A DNA stretch of 64,000 nucleotides from Spirochaetia bacterium (GCA_965203905.1 CBDBDQ010000005.1:4800001-4864000), one strand, 5' to 3'. Shown: positions 21,642 through 32,323, counted from the first letter of the stretch. The notes: generated by a model from the sequence alone, not told the origin. Made by a program: numbers and translations.

Positions 21642-22493
21642 TTGGTACGTAACGCGAGTCCAAAGAAGTTAGCCGGCGACAGGATTTTTGACGCAGCTTC
21701 CAACACGATCCTTGTGGTTGCTCTGATTGCCGGACTGTTTCCCCTCCTGTGGATGATCACGAACTCTTTCAAGACCTCGGAAGAGATATTTCTGAGATCC
21801 CTTCATCTGCCAAGCACGGTGAGTTTCGGCGTTTTCCCGCGCGCCTGGGACATAGCCAAGTTTTCGTTAGCTGTTCCTAACAGCGTTTATCTTACCGTGG
21901 CCAATGTTCTCTACATTATTGCTTTGTCTTCGCTTGCCGCGTACCCAATTGCCCGAATGAAATTCCTGGGACGTAGTTTCCTCAACTGGCTGCTCATCGC
22001 GTCAATAATAATCTCGCCACAGATTCTCTTGATCCCATCGTTCTTTCAAATGAGAAAACTCGGGCTGATCAATAATCTTCTCAGCGTGGTTTTCGTGTTT
22101 GGAACGCTGGTGGTTCCCTTTGCAGCATACCTGCTTATCAGTTTTTTTAAGGAAATCCCAATTGATATTGAAGAATCGACCAAGATGGATGGCTGCTCGA
22201 GTTTTCGTTTTTTTGTTTCATTCATGCTTCCATTGTCAATGCCGGTGCTGTCGAGTTTGGTCATTTTGACCTCCCTCTGGTCGTGGAATGAGTATCTGTT
22301 CTCGCTGACGTTTCTACAAACGAGCGCCGCCAAGACAATTCCCCCTCAACTGTCCTGGTTCTTTGGAAGATATTACACCGATTGGGGCGGTCTGTTTGCG
22401 GCGTTGACTATCGCAGTCGTACCCTTGGTCATATTGTACCTATTCTTGCAGAGGTACTTTATCAGAGGGCTAACGGCGGGGTCTATCAGATAG
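21642..22493 (+). CDS. Carbohydrate ABC transporter permease (MalG-like)
   Basis: EAA-like loop IEESTKMDGCS, WSWNEYL, QRYFIRGLTAGSIR. Confidence 0.92.
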   Translation: MVRNASPKKLAGDRIFDAASNTILVVALIAGLFPLLWMITNSFKTSEEIFLRSLHLPSTVSFGVFPRAWDIAKFSLAVPNSVYLTVANVLYIIALSSLAAYPIARMKFLGRSFLNWLLIASIIISPQILLIPSFFQMRKLGLINNLLSVVFVFGTLVVPFAAYLLISFFKEIPIDIEESTKMDGCSSFRFFVSFMLPLSMPVLSSLVILTSLWSWNEYLFSLTFLQTSAAKTIPPQLSWFFGRYYTDWGGLFAALTIAVVPLVILYLFLQRYFIRGLTAGSIR

Positions 22494-23419
22494 TGGTAGC
22501 AGTAAGCCTGTTGAAAACAAGAAAGCTCAGAAGGTTTTCAATCACTCCCTATCTATACCTCCTTCCGGCTTTTTTTATGTTGTTTGTGTTCATTTACTAC
22601 TCCATAGTTACGGGTTTCGGCTATTCTTTCAGCAAGTTCAGGGACTTTGCCCCAGCGGGATTCGTAGGCTTTCAGAACTATGTTGACGCGTTCAACAATG
22701 ATGATTTCATAAACTCGATCAGATCAACCCTGATCTGGGTTCTCCTGACGGCAACGATTCCCACTTTTGCAGGACTATTGCTGGCAATTCTTGTCTATTA
22801 TCAGACCACAGGACGGGTTGTGTCCGGAGTAGCCCGCACCATACTGTTCATGCCGATGATGATGTCGGCCGTTGCCGTGGGTCTGCTGTGGTCGCTCATT
22901 TACAACCCTCTGTTGGGCTTGCTGAACCAGTTGCTGCACTTGATCGGGGCGATCCCGGCTGGTACCTATGTTGGATTCTTGGAGAATCCGAAGACCGCGC
23001 TGTATGAGGCTTTTGTCCCGATGGTGTGGCAAAGCGCCGGATTTTCGATGGTTATTTTTTCGGCCGCGCTGCAGGGCATCCCAATCGATATACGCGAAGC
23101 GGCTGTTTTGGATGGGGCCAGCAAAGCCAAGGAAATCAGGCATGTGGTGATACCGTTCATCGTTCCGACGATCGTATCTCTGGTTACCGTAAACATGATC
23201 AGCGGATTCAAGGCCTTTGACCTCCTCAACGTACTGACTCATGGCGGCCCCGCGGACTCGACGATGATCGTCTCCCTGTACATGTACAAGCAGGCGTTCT
23301 CGGCCTGGAAATACGGTTATTCGTCAGCAGTCGCAGTGGTCCTGTTCATGTCGATATTGGTTAGTGTTTTCTTGTTTAGTTTGGTGGCAAAGAGATTGTT
23401 AGAAAGGAGTAGCAAATGA
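22493..23419 (+). CDS. Carbohydrate ABC transporter permease (MalF/UgpA-like)
   Basis: FVGFQNY, EAAVLDGA, THGGP; likely GTG start overlapping the previous stop. Confidence 0.92.
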   Translation: MVAVSLLKTRKLRRFSITPYLYLLPAFFMLFVFIYYSIVTGFGYSFSKFRDFAPAGFVGFQNYVDAFNNDDFINSIRSTLIWVLLTATIPTFAGLLLAILVYYQTTGRVVSGVARTILFMPMMMSAVAVGLLWSLIYNPLLGLLNQLLHLIGAIPAGTYVGFLENPKTALYEAFVPMVWQSAGFSMVIFSAALQGIPIDIREAAVLDGASKAKEIRHVVIPFIVPTIVSLVTVNMISGFKAFDLLNVLTHGGPADSTMIVSLYMYKQAFSAWKYGYSSAVAVVLFMSILVSVFLFSLVAKRLLERSSK

Positions 23420-23490
23420 AAAATGTACCCTGATTGAGTCTTCGTGGTGTAGGTTTCGAGAAAATCATGCTTTTTCATAAGGAGTAAGAG

Positions 23491-24750
23491 ATGAAGAGAG
23501 CTGGAGTATTTGTCGTATTGGCAACTTTGGTGGTTGCTGGCGTGATGGCTGGCGCGGCCGATGAGGCGGCAGGCGAACCGGTCACGCTGCAGTATATGAC
23601 GTGGATAAAGAGTAGCGCGGATAATGCCGCAGCGTTCGATGCGGCCAACCCTGGCATCAATGTTGATGTGGAGTTTCTTGGTGGGGTTGCAGATTATCAG
23701 ACCCCGCTACGGGTCAGGTTGGCGTCTGGAGACCATCCTGATGTGTGGGATTCAAGTTCAGGATCCTTTTACACCCAGCGGGTCGAGGGTGGTGGAGCAA
23801 TGGATATCACCGATCTGTACCATGACCGAGGCTGGAATGAGTATTACTCACAGGGGGCCACCGATGCGGTCACCCGGGACGGACGGATCTATGGTATCGT
23901 GGTCGGCGGTGTATTCCCCTGGCAGATGATTTTTGTAAATGTAGACGTCTTCAAAAGGCTTGGCCTGGAATACCCGAAGACTATCGATGATATGGTTGAC
24001 CTGGTGCCAAAGCTGCGAGCAGACGGTATTGAACCTTTTGGCTTCGTTAATGCTGACGGCTGGATGGGGCAAATCATCTTTGGTGATTATATGATGCAGC
24101 TGGTGGAGCATGACACCGACGAGAAGTTGAATTCTGGTGAGCTCAAGTGGAATGAAGTACCGGAAATGGTGGACGGCTTTGAGGCAGTAAAAAAATTGGT
24201 AGACGCAGATGCTTTCATGGTGGGATGGCAGTCAGGCGGTATCGACGACATGAGACATGCTTTTCTGTCACAAAAAGTAGCAACCATGTATGTGGGAACT
24301 TGGTGGGTCTTGGGAGATTGGGGCGGACCTTATGATTTCGAGATTGATAGTATCCCTCTCCCGCTGATTGATATCAATCAACCGCCTAAAGCCTATCAGA
24401 CGTATCCGGATGGAATCGCAGTGATTTCACCGAACACCAAGCATGAGCAAGAGTCCATCGCTTTTCTGTCTTCATTTGTAACGGATGATTTCCACAGAGA
24501 CATTCTTGGTGCCGGCGGCTCGCTTACTACTGTCCCGAGTGTAAACGAGCAACTTGACCTGCACCCGTTCATTGTCAACGAGCACATTCTGAACCAGTTC
24601 AATTTTCCTTTGACTAACTACTGGACGACATCTTTTCCGGTGCCTGTTGAAGAAGTGCTGGCAACCCAGTTCGACTTGATAATGGCGGGACAGACAACAA
24701 TTGAAAAAGCCCTGGATTTGATTGAGGCTGAGCACAAAGAGTACCGGTAG
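23491..24750 (+). CDS. Sugar ABC transporter substrate-binding protein (family 1)
   Basis: Signal peptide, NPGINVD, DGRIYGI, PKTIDD, ATMYVGTW. Confidence 0.9.
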   Translation: MKRAGVFVVLATLVVAGVMAGAADEAAGEPVTLQYMTWIKSSADNAAAFDAANPGINVDVEFLGGVADYQTPLRVRLASGDHPDVWDSSSGSFYTQRVEGGGAMDITDLYHDRGWNEYYSQGATDAVTRDGRIYGIVVGGVFPWQMIFVNVDVFKRLGLEYPKTIDDMVDLVPKLRADGIEPFGFVNADGWMGQIIFGDYMMQLVEHDTDEKLNSGELKWNEVPEMVDGFEAVKKLVDADAFMVGWQSGGIDDMRHAFLSQKVATMYVGTWWVLGDWGGPYDFEIDSIPLPLIDINQPPKAYQTYPDGIAVISPNTKHEQESIAFLSSFVTDDFHRDILGAGGSLTTVPSVNEQLDLHPFIVNEHILNQFNFPLTNYWTTSFPVPVEEVLATQFDLIMAGQTTIEKALDLIEAEHKEYR

Positions 24751-24869
24751 TTTCTATCGCATGTAGCGAAAGGACTCTGGTCTATTACGATCCCTTATTG
24801 CCGGGTTAACATCATTTGTTAGTACGGTGGTAAGGGGTCTTTTTTTGCACCCCACAGAAGGAGAATGAC

Positions 24870-25883
24870 ATGAAGGAATGTGCCCTCATTGCATGGCAGG
24901 ACCAACATTTCTCATTGGAGGAAGTGGAGCTGCCTGATCCAGGACCTGATCAGGTTCGCATCAAGACCCACTACTCAGGGGTAAGCATTGGAACCGAATT
25001 TGCCTACATCACCGGAAAGGGCAAGATCGAGGGCAAGTCGCACCCGATGTGCACCGGGTATCAGGGAACCGGAGTCGTAGAAGCGGTCGGAAGTGATGTA
25101 GAAGACTTCAAAGAAGGAGACTTGACCTATTTCAGAGGCGGTGCAGGCATAAAGCTGTCGGACGGTACTTCAGTGTCCTCCCTGTTCGGTACCCACGCCT
25201 CGGCAGTGGTCCTCGATCCGCGTGGGGTTGATGGTGCATACCATTTGGTGCCTGGTGCGGACATGGAGTTGGCCAGTCTCTATGTCATGCCCGCGGTAGC
25301 ACTCAAAGGCGTAGATACCGCGAATCCTCGCATGGGCGAAACTGTTGTAGTGTTCGGCTGCGGACTGATCGGTCTCGGCGTCGTCGCGTTGCTGGTGCAC
25401 CGAGGGTGTAACGTCATCGCGGTAGATTTGCTCAGCGCCAGGTTGAAGGTCGCCGAAGATCTTGGCGCCGACCATCTCCTGGATGCATCGGCAGTGGACG
25501 TTAAAGAAGAGGTGCTGAAGTTGGCTCCCAAGGGTGCGGACGTGGTATTCGAATGCACGGGAAGCCCTGCCAGCATTGATCCTGCAATCGACTTGTGCAA
25601 ACAGAAGGGCTCATTCGTTTGGCAGGGATACTACGGGGTCGCTCCGCTTTCAATGCTCGTTCCTACTCCCCAGTACCGCGAAGTAACCATGCATTTCCCC
25701 TGCGGGGACGGACACGAGACGTGCCGCCGTGCGGTGATCAAAAATATGACGTTGGGGACGCTCCAGTGGGAGAAATGTATTACTCATCACGTTTCCTATA
25801 CTGAAGCGGCGGATATTTACACCCGGATCGGAAACAGGGACAAGGATGTCGTCGGCGTCACCATCAATTGGACAGACGCATAG
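24870..25883 (+). CDS. Medium-chain (zinc-type) alcohol dehydrogenase family protein
   Basis: SGVSIGTE, GYQGTGVVEAVG, Rossmann motif GCGLIG, ADVVFECTG. Confidence 0.88.
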   Translation: MKECALIAWQDQHFSLEEVELPDPGPDQVRIKTHYSGVSIGTEFAYITGKGKIEGKSHPMCTGYQGTGVVEAVGSDVEDFKEGDLTYFRGGAGIKLSDGTSVSSLFGTHASAVVLDPRGVDGAYHLVPGADMELASLYVMPAVALKGVDTANPRMGETVVVFGCGLIGLGVVALLVHRGCNVIAVDLLSARLKVAEDLGADHLLDASAVDVKEEVLKLAPKGADVVFECTGSPASIDPAIDLCKQKGSFVWQGYYGVAPLSMLVPTPQYREVTMHFPCGDGHETCRRAVIKNMTLGTLQWEKCITHHVSYTEAADIYTRIGNRDKDVVGVTINWTDA

Positions 25884-25892
25884 GAGCACTGT

Positions 25893-26741
25893 ATGAGCAC
25901 GATATTGGTTACTGGCGCCAGCGGTTTCATCGGCTCGGCGCTGTCCGCCGCGCTGGGAGCCGATCACGAGGTCATCGCCATGAGTCGGAGCACCGTCGAC
26001 ATTCCCGGCGTAACCTACGTCAAGGGTGAGTTTGGTTCTTTTGAAGCTCTCAGACAGCTGGACAAATGGGATTTCGATGCCGTGGTGCATCTTGCAGCGG
26101 AGTTACGGGGTCCGGAACGAGACTTTGTGATGGTGAATGGTGAGGGCTCCCGTTGCCTGATCCGCTACCTGATCGATCGGGGATGCAGAAAATTCGTCAT
26201 GGCAAGCTCGATTGCCGCGATCGGCTGTCAGAGTGTTCGGTTTCGTCCCGATGTACTTCCAATACCCGATGAACATCCCTGCTATGACCTCGATGGTTAC
26301 GGATTCAGCAAATTCATTATGGAAGAGATCACCAAGTACTATTGGCGACAGAATCCGGAGATCGATGTAATCAATATTAGGCTTTGCTCAGTCATACAGG
26401 GCGATGTTCCAAGACCGAGACCGGCGGGGATTAGACCGATTCTGGAGTGGACCGTGGGGAATGTCACCTTGATGTTTCTGTCGGATGCAATTCGCGCCTT
26501 TAGTCTGGCCGTTCTCGGCCCCCTCAAGCCAGGTGTACGTACCCTGAACACGGCCGCGGAGCGTATCTGGGCGACCGTGCCTACCGCCGATTTCCTCGAG
26601 AACTGGTGGGGGGATGCCGTGGACCTTTCTTACTTCCGAAGGCCGGGAAACGAGTTCCGTGGCGTTTACAGCGTCGACCGGTTGCGAGAAGAGTTGGATT
26701 TCACCGCTGTTGATACGCTCAACTATTTGGAAAGTGTGTAG
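25893..26741 (+). CDS. NAD-dependent epimerase/dehydratase (extended SDR)
   Basis: TGASGFIG, VVHLAA, YGFSK (YxxxK). Confidence 0.9.
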   Translation: MSTILVTGASGFIGSALSAALGADHEVIAMSRSTVDIPGVTYVKGEFGSFEALRQLDKWDFDAVVHLAAELRGPERDFVMVNGEGSRCLIRYLIDRGCRKFVMASSIAAIGCQSVRFRPDVLPIPDEHPCYDLDGYGFSKFIMEEITKYYWRQNPEIDVINIRLCSVIQGDVPRPRPAGIRPILEWTVGNVTLMFLSDAIRAFSLAVLGPLKPGVRTLNTAAERIWATVPTADFLENWWGDAVDLSYFRRPGNEFRGVYSVDRLREELDFTAVDTLNYLESV

Positions 26742-26779
26742 CTGACGGGACGACACACGGCGTTTGGACGGGCGCGCCG

Positions 26780-27529
26780 TCACGATTCCGCTCTCGTCTC
26801 CGGCGTTGTCGGGGGGACTTCGTACCCGTACCGTTCCATTGCGGGTGCGAAGAAATCGTAGTAGTTGGGCCCGGGGTCGGTCTTCCAGCGCCCGACCGCC
26901 TCGGGGTTCACGGGAATCCGGGCCAGCTTGACTCCCAGGTAGGACTCCAGGCGGGCGAGCGTGTGGTCCTGGCGTTGGACGAAATCCTCGAACCGCACCT
27001 CGATCCAGTTCCGGGGTCGCGGGGTGGCGCGGACCAGGTCGTACTGGTACTTCCATGACATGGCCCGACGCAGGCGGATGTCTTCGGTTGACGGACAGGC
27101 GATACCCCAGTCGCTCAGGTTGTCCGTGATGTGCCTGCCGACGATGCAGTCGCGCGGGTTGCGGATCCAGAAGATGTACCTGACATCCGGGAACATCCTG
27201 ACGATCCAGGGAAAGGTGAGGGTGGTTTCGGGGATCTTCCATCCTCGGTGCGGCGCCGGGCTCGTCAACACGCTCCGGAGATACGACCGGATCAGCGACT
27301 CGAACTCGGGCGGAATGGGCATCGTGTGGAGGCGGCTGAAGTCCCACTCCAGCGCTCTCAGCCAGCGAACGTGCCGGGCGATCAGGCGGGAGGCCTCGTA
27401 CATCGCCTGCGGCGGCAGCAGGTCTCCCGAGCGGTTCAGCGGCTCGCCCATCCAGACGCCGCTGGCCGAGAGCGTGTGCGACATGGCCCGCGTGCCGGAA
27501 TGCCCCCGCCCGATGATGGTGGTCAGCAT
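26780..27529 (-). CDS. Sulfotransferase family protein
   Basis: 5'-PSB-like IIGRGHSGTR, WKIP, 3'-PB-like IRNPRD, VRFEDFV. Confidence 0.85.
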   Translation of the reverse strand: MLTTIIGRGHSGTRAMSHTLSASGVWMGEPLNRSGDLLPPQAMYEASRLIARHVRWLRALEWDFSRLHTMPIPPEFESLIRSYLRSVLTSPAPHRGWKIPETTLTFPWIVRMFPDVRYIFWIRNPRDCIVGRHITDNLSDWGIACPSTEDIRLRRAMSWKYQYDLVRATPRPRNWIEVRFEDFVQRQDHTLARLESYLGVKLARIPVNPEAVGRWKTDPGPNYYDFFAPAMERYGYEVPPTTPETRAES

Positions 27530-27554
27530 CGGTGCCCACGAGGCCCAACACGAT

Positions 27555-29216
27555 TCATGTGCTCAACATCTCCAGGAGATCTCCCCGGCGGAACGTCGCA
27601 GAGAGCTGCTGCAACGAGATTTCCCGATCTCCATAACACTGCTTGAGCGCGACGCTTACCTTTGATATCGCCCGAGTTTGATAAGTGCCTCCGTGTTGCC
27701 TAAGGAGATTCAACAGTTCCGCAAAGTTTCGGTGTGAAACGTCGGCCAGCTCAATGCCTTGCTCGTGAAGCAATTCCCTTCCGACAAGCATGGAGACATA
27801 ATGGGCACTATAAGGAATGAATGGTGGCGGGGCGACTTCTGACGGTCGTTTCCGCGCATTTTCCACATCACGGAAGATCAGCACGGCAAGAATGGCCTGT
27901 GCCGCATTCAGATCTGTGAAAATGTCCAAATAGAGTTTGCCAAAGTGTTCCTTCCTCCGGAACTTGGCCTGGTGTGGCTTCTCCCTCCACACTGCAAGCG
28001 TTGCTTCCGCGACGATAGAGCTGGTGATGACGCTGGAGCCACCTCCCCCCTCTTCTCTTTGGCGCTTATAGCTGTAGCGGAGGTCCTTCATGCCAAGTTC
28101 CAGAGTCCTTTGAATCTCATCATTGGAACGCAGGTCGCGCAGATCAACTGGGTTCTGACTGTTGGTTGCATACGTGATTTCCTGAACAAAATCCTTTTTT
28201 TCATCGGCCAACTGATAGATTCGTACCATGACATAGGCCGACTGTCCAAACAGATTTGGCAACCCTGATTTCAGCGTCTCATGGATGGTCTTGCAGGTTT
28301 GGCCACCGTTTATGATCTGCATGTTCTTGAGTTGAACCTGGTGATCACTTTTCTGAAACGCATTGTAATCGAACTTGTCACACACCACGGTAATTCCGTT
28401 GTTGTAAAAATAGAACTTGTCTGCGCTGTCAGAAAGCAGCGTTTCATGAATTGCGGAATTCACCCGGTTGCTGTGCAGGCCGAGATAACGTCTGATGTTC
28501 CTTTGTAACAGTCGATCACCATGCCGTTCGAATAGATCGGCGATGTGTTGAACCGCCACACGCCCCAACAACACTCGCATGTAATTCATGTCCTCGACAA
28601 TCAATTGACCACTGAGCTGTAAGGCGGCATCCACTGCCTTCGTGCGCTGAAGGATTCGCACAATGGAATCGTGATTGAAGTGATAAAATTCTACTTTCTC
28701 AGGATAAGCCTTCGTCGTGTCATCTATCCATCCCTGAGCAATTGGGTTCCACTTCGCTCCATTATTGCAGAGCATGACACGAACCTTAGGTATGTACGTA
28801 TCACGAATGAGCGAACGGATCTCTTCAACCTTTGGCGCAAGTCGTTCATTCAAGGTCACGTGCCGGAAGGGATCGAATAGAATCTGAACTGTGCCCACGG
28901 CCTTCTGCACGCCGTTTTCTGGGAAGTTCGCGGTACCGTCGAGGTCATTGATCTTGTACTTTCCTTGAAAGATCGTCACTAAGAACTCACCATCTTCTAC
29001 CTCGTCGATATGCAACCCATCAACACCGGCATCATTGCCGCCATCGGTGAGCAGCTCCACGCAGTCTTCCAGTGGGATCTCGAGGCAGTTCGCCATGCAC
29101 AGCAACACGAACGCTGCAGAGCGCCTTTTGTTGTCGTCGCCGGTTGGCATCCAGTCGGCATGTTTTTCCAATAGTCCAGTTAACTGTTGATCTATGATAC
29201 TGGCGTTGATGTCCAT
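27555..29216 (-). CDS. AIPR family protein
   Basis: DGGNDAGVDG, NIRRYLG...VN..I..TL, FYFYNNGIT, QIINGGQT, ATNSQN..DLRDLRSND; AT-rich. Confidence 0.92.
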   Translation of the reverse strand: MDINASIIDQQLTGLLEKHADWMPTGDDNKRRSAAFVLLCMANCLEIPLEDCVELLTDGGNDAGVDGLHIDEVEDGEFLVTIFQGKYKINDLDGTANFPENGVQKAVGTVQILFDPFRHVTLNERLAPKVEEIRSLIRDTYIPKVRVMLCNNGAKWNPIAQGWIDDTTKAYPEKVEFYHFNHDSIVRILQRTKAVDAALQLSGQLIVEDMNYMRVLLGRVAVQHIADLFERHGDRLLQRNIRRYLGLHSNRVNSAIHETLLSDSADKFYFYNNGITVVCDKFDYNAFQKSDHQVQLKNMQIINGGQTCKTIHETLKSGLPNLFGQSAYVMVRIYQLADEKKDFVQEITYATNSQNPVDLRDLRSNDEIQRTLELGMKDLRYSYKRQREEGGGGSSVITSSIVAEATLAVWREKPHQAKFRRKEHFGKLYLDIFTDLNAAQAILAVLIFRDVENARKRPSEVAPPPFIPYSAHYVSMLVGRELLHEQGIELADVSHRNFAELLNLLRQHGGTYQTRAISKVSVALKQCYGDREISLQQLSATFRRGDLLEMLST

Positions 29217-29513
29217 GACGCTACGTCTCCGGCCAACTGTGAGTCTGTGTCAATTTCGGTTCGAGTTCTCATTTCATGCTGATGCGGGATCATACCACAG
29301 AAACGGTTTGCGGATGAGCATCAACGCTACGCCGGCTCTTCGGGGCTGAACGGCAAGTCCGAGTGGTCCCCGTGCCGGACCGCGTCGGAGCGACCCTGGC
29401 CTGCGGAGCAGGCGAGTCTCGTCGGTGGGTGGGCAGGCAGTGCTTCGGTCGTTAGGGTAGGCTGTGGTGGGCCTGCCGCCGATGCAGTCGCGCGCGACGA
29501 GGTTAAGACCAGG

Positions 29514-30581
29514 TTGCGGGCGGGGGCGGCGAACAACGGCCGTTCCACGGAGGAGGATCGACCCTTGGACGGAAGCCCGAGGCCGACGAGATTGGAGGAA
29601 CCCGAGAGGCGCGGCAGGGTCGAAGCGCCGATTCCCGCACCCTTGGGCGGGGAGCTGCAGGAGTTCTGGGGGGACATTTTCGGGTTTTCCGCCGAGCACC
29701 CGCCCGATGTGGCGCCGGAGGTGTTCTTGGGCAGCGAGGTGGAGCACAACCGCCTGAACGTGTACCTGGAGCGCCGGGGCGACACGCTGGCCGGCACCTG
29801 CACGCTCACCGTCTCGCGGACGGTCCCTATCCTGGGCGGGTTCGGGGAGGTAGCGACGCAGCCGGCGCTGCGCCGGTCGGGCATCGCCACCCGGCTGTGC
29901 GGGCGGGCGGTGCAGGAGTTTCGCGCCGGCGGCGGCCAGGCGCTGTTCCTGGGCACCATCTCGCCGGCGGCGCGCAGGGTCTACCACCGCCTCGGCTGGC
30001 GCAAGCTGGCCGGTGCCGACGTGATGGCCAACGTCACCAGCCGCGAGACGCCGGAGGCGTTCCTGGTCGATTACTTCCGCAAGCCGGGGGAGGCCACCGT
30101 GGTGCCCGCCACTGCGGCGGTGCGGGTGCCGATGATCCCCCTGCTGCACGCTCCCCACGACTGGCTGGTGCTGGACGCCAACGCCGGCATGTACTCGACC
30201 CGGTACTGCGTCCAGTACTCCTGCATGGGGCTGTACCGGCGCTACCTGGCCGCGGTGGCCGGGGGCAAGGGCGACTGGTTCTGCGCCCGCACCGCCGATG
30301 GCCGCGTCGTGGGGCTGGCGACGGTGTGCAGCTCGGGGACCGCCTGCCAGGTCGACGGCTTCACGCACCCGTACTTCGCCGCGGCCTGGCCCGACCTGGT
30401 GGCGGCCGCCATGCAGCGGGCCGCGGTACGGGGGGCAAGCGAGTGCCGTGCGGTGGTGTGCGTGGAGGACGAGGAGAAGCGGGCGCTGTTCGAGGGGCTC
30501 GGCTTCCGCGAGGCGGGCGCGGACTCGGACTTCGTGCTGGACGGGCGCGCCGTGGGCGCGGTCAGGATGGTGGTTGCCTGA
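29514..30581 (+). CDS. Tandem GNAT acetyltransferase (start uncertain)
   Basis: VATQPALRRSGIATRL, ARRVYHRLGW; second domain ends ALFEGLGF. Confidence 0.8.
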   Translation: MRAGAANNGRSTEEDRPLDGSPRPTRLEEPERRGRVEAPIPAPLGGELQEFWGDIFGFSAEHPPDVAPEVFLGSEVEHNRLNVYLERRGDTLAGTCTLTVSRTVPILGGFGEVATQPALRRSGIATRLCGRAVQEFRAGGGQALFLGTISPAARRVYHRLGWRKLAGADVMANVTSRETPEAFLVDYFRKPGEATVVPATAAVRVPMIPLLHAPHDWLVLDANAGMYSTRYCVQYSCMGLYRRYLAAVAGGKGDWFCARTADGRVVGLATVCSSGTACQVDGFTHPYFAAAWPDLVAAAMQRAAVRGASECRAVVCVEDEEKRALFEGLGFREAGADSDFVLDGRAVGAVRMVVA

Positions 30582-30622
30582 AAAGAAGGCCGGGGCGAAC
30601 CGGAGGGTCCGCCCGCGGCCCG
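30581..30622 (-). terminator. Probable intrinsic terminator between convergent genes
   Basis: GC-rich imperfect hairpin GGCCGGGGCG...CGCCCGCGGCC preceded on + by AAAGAA, i.e. a U-rich tail on the minus strand. Confidence 0.45.
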
Positions 30623-30641
30623 GCCACTTGGGGTTGGCTCT

Positions 30642-32258
30642 TTAGAAGAAGGGAGCGCGGTTCCAGGCTGCCTGGTAGACCCGCTCGTATTCCTCGAGCC
30701 CCGCCTTCTGGAGGGCGGTGATGTACGCCTCCCACTCGGCGTCCGAGTTGATGTCGTTCTGGCCGATCACGAACTTCAGGGTGTGCTCCTTGAAGGTGTC
30801 CTGCATCAGCGTCTCCAGGTCCACCTTGGCGTCGATCTCCTCGGGGGTGAAGCCGCCGTACACGAAGCCGACCGCCGGCAGGTGGTCGAAGTCGTCCTTG
30901 GCGGTGAGCATCGGCCGGTTGCGCACGTTCATCTCCAGGAACTCGGGGAAAAACCCGGCGTAACCGCCCAGACCGTAGTCGCGCGTCGAGTGCTCTGCGT
31001 CGGGGTGTCCGGACGCCTTGATGGCGTCGATGTACACCGGCTTGCCGTCCATCCAGTTGAACGTCTCGCCCTCGATGCCCGCGGTGATCGCCAGGGTGCC
31101 GTCATAGGTAAGCAGCCACTCGGAGAACTCGATCCAGCGCGCGAACTTCTCGCTGGAGATGTCCATCTTGGCGGTGAAGGTGGCCCCGAACGGCTGCCCG
31201 GCGGGGTTCTTGTAGGCCAGCATCTGCTTGTCGGCATAGGCCCGCACCTCGGTCTTCGGCACCACCCACTTGGCGTCGGGATACTGCGAGCGCTGGAGCT
31301 GGTCGAAGAACCCGGCCCAGCTCAGCCAGCCGCCGGCGATGAAGGACTGGTTGTTGGCGATGCGTGCCTCCCACTGCTCCAGGGTGATGGTGCCGGCCTC
31401 CTTCTCCATCAGCCCCTCCTTGTAGAGCGTGGCCAGATATTTGAGCAGGTCGCGGTACTTGTCGGTCGCCGGTCCGTACACCACGCCGCCGGCGTCCTGG
31501 TCGTAGATCGGACCGCCCCAGTCGTAGGTGCGGAACGACTCGCGCAGGCCCATGGTGGCCGATCCCGGCCAGCCCCACTTGTGGGTCCAGGGCACCGACT
31601 CGGGGTACTCCACCTTGAACGCCCGCAGCACCTCCAGCAACTCGTCGGTGGTGCTCGGGAACTCCAGCCCCAGCTTGTTGAACTCGGTCTCGTTGTACAT
31701 GTAGCCCCGGTCCAGCGGCCACGGGTACTTGGTCGGCAGCACGTACATCTTGCCGTCGCCGGCCGACATCAGGGAGCGCATGAACGCCCACTCGTCGTCG
31801 GTCCACTGCGCCTGGTAGTTGGGCAGCCGGTCGAGGTAGTCGTCGACGGCGACGAAGTAGCCGCCCGGGATGTGGTTCAGCATCATCACCCGCTGCGCCG
31901 ACACGTTCCAGTTCCAGTTCATGTGGAGCTGCTCGGGAAAGTCGCCGCTGGCGAACATCACCGGCAGCTTGGTGTCGGTCTCGTTCCTGGGTACGTACAC
32001 CCACTCGTATTCGAGGCCGAACTTGTCGCGCAGGAGATCCTTGCGGATATCCATCACCGCCTTCGGCTCGTTGGCGTTGATGTCGTTGGTGAGCGCCGTG
32101 ATGGTGACGACTTCCATCGTCTCCGGAGCGGCGGTCTCCTCGGTTGCCGCGGCGAACAACGGGCCCGCGACCAGCACCAGCGCACCGGCCAGCGCCAGCA
32201 GGCTCATTCTCTTCACTCTCTTCACTTGTGTTCCTCCGTTTCGTAATACGGACGACAA
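30642..32258 (-). CDS. Oligosaccharide ABC substrate-binding protein (LplA-like)
   Basis: Signal peptide, MFASGDFPE, DGKMYVLP, PSTTDELLEVLRAFK, WEAYITALQKAGLE. Confidence 0.9.
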   Translation of the reverse strand: MSSVLRNGGTQVKRVKRMSLLALAGALVLVAGPLFAAATEETAAPETMEVVTITALTNDINANEPKAVMDIRKDLLRDKFGLEYEWVYVPRNETDTKLPVMFASGDFPEQLHMNWNWNVSAQRVMMLNHIPGGYFVAVDDYLDRLPNYQAQWTDDEWAFMRSLMSAGDGKMYVLPTKYPWPLDRGYMYNETEFNKLGLEFPSTTDELLEVLRAFKVEYPESVPWTHKWGWPGSATMGLRESFRTYDWGGPIYDQDAGGVVYGPATDKYRDLLKYLATLYKEGLMEKEAGTITLEQWEARIANNQSFIAGGWLSWAGFFDQLQRSQYPDAKWVVPKTEVRAYADKQMLAYKNPAGQPFGATFTAKMDISSEKFARWIEFSEWLLTYDGTLAITAGIEGETFNWMDGKPVYIDAIKASGHPDAEHSTRDYGLGGYAGFFPEFLEMNVRNRPMLTAKDDFDHLPAVGFVYGGFTPEEIDAKVDLETLMQDTFKEHTLKFVIGQNDINSDAEWEAYITALQKAGLEEYERVYQAAWNRAPFF

Positions 32259-32323
32259 CGATGTACGCCCACCTGGCGCACCCTTGACTTGCGAAGTCTC
32301 CTTTCCTGCGCCTACCCCCTCGT

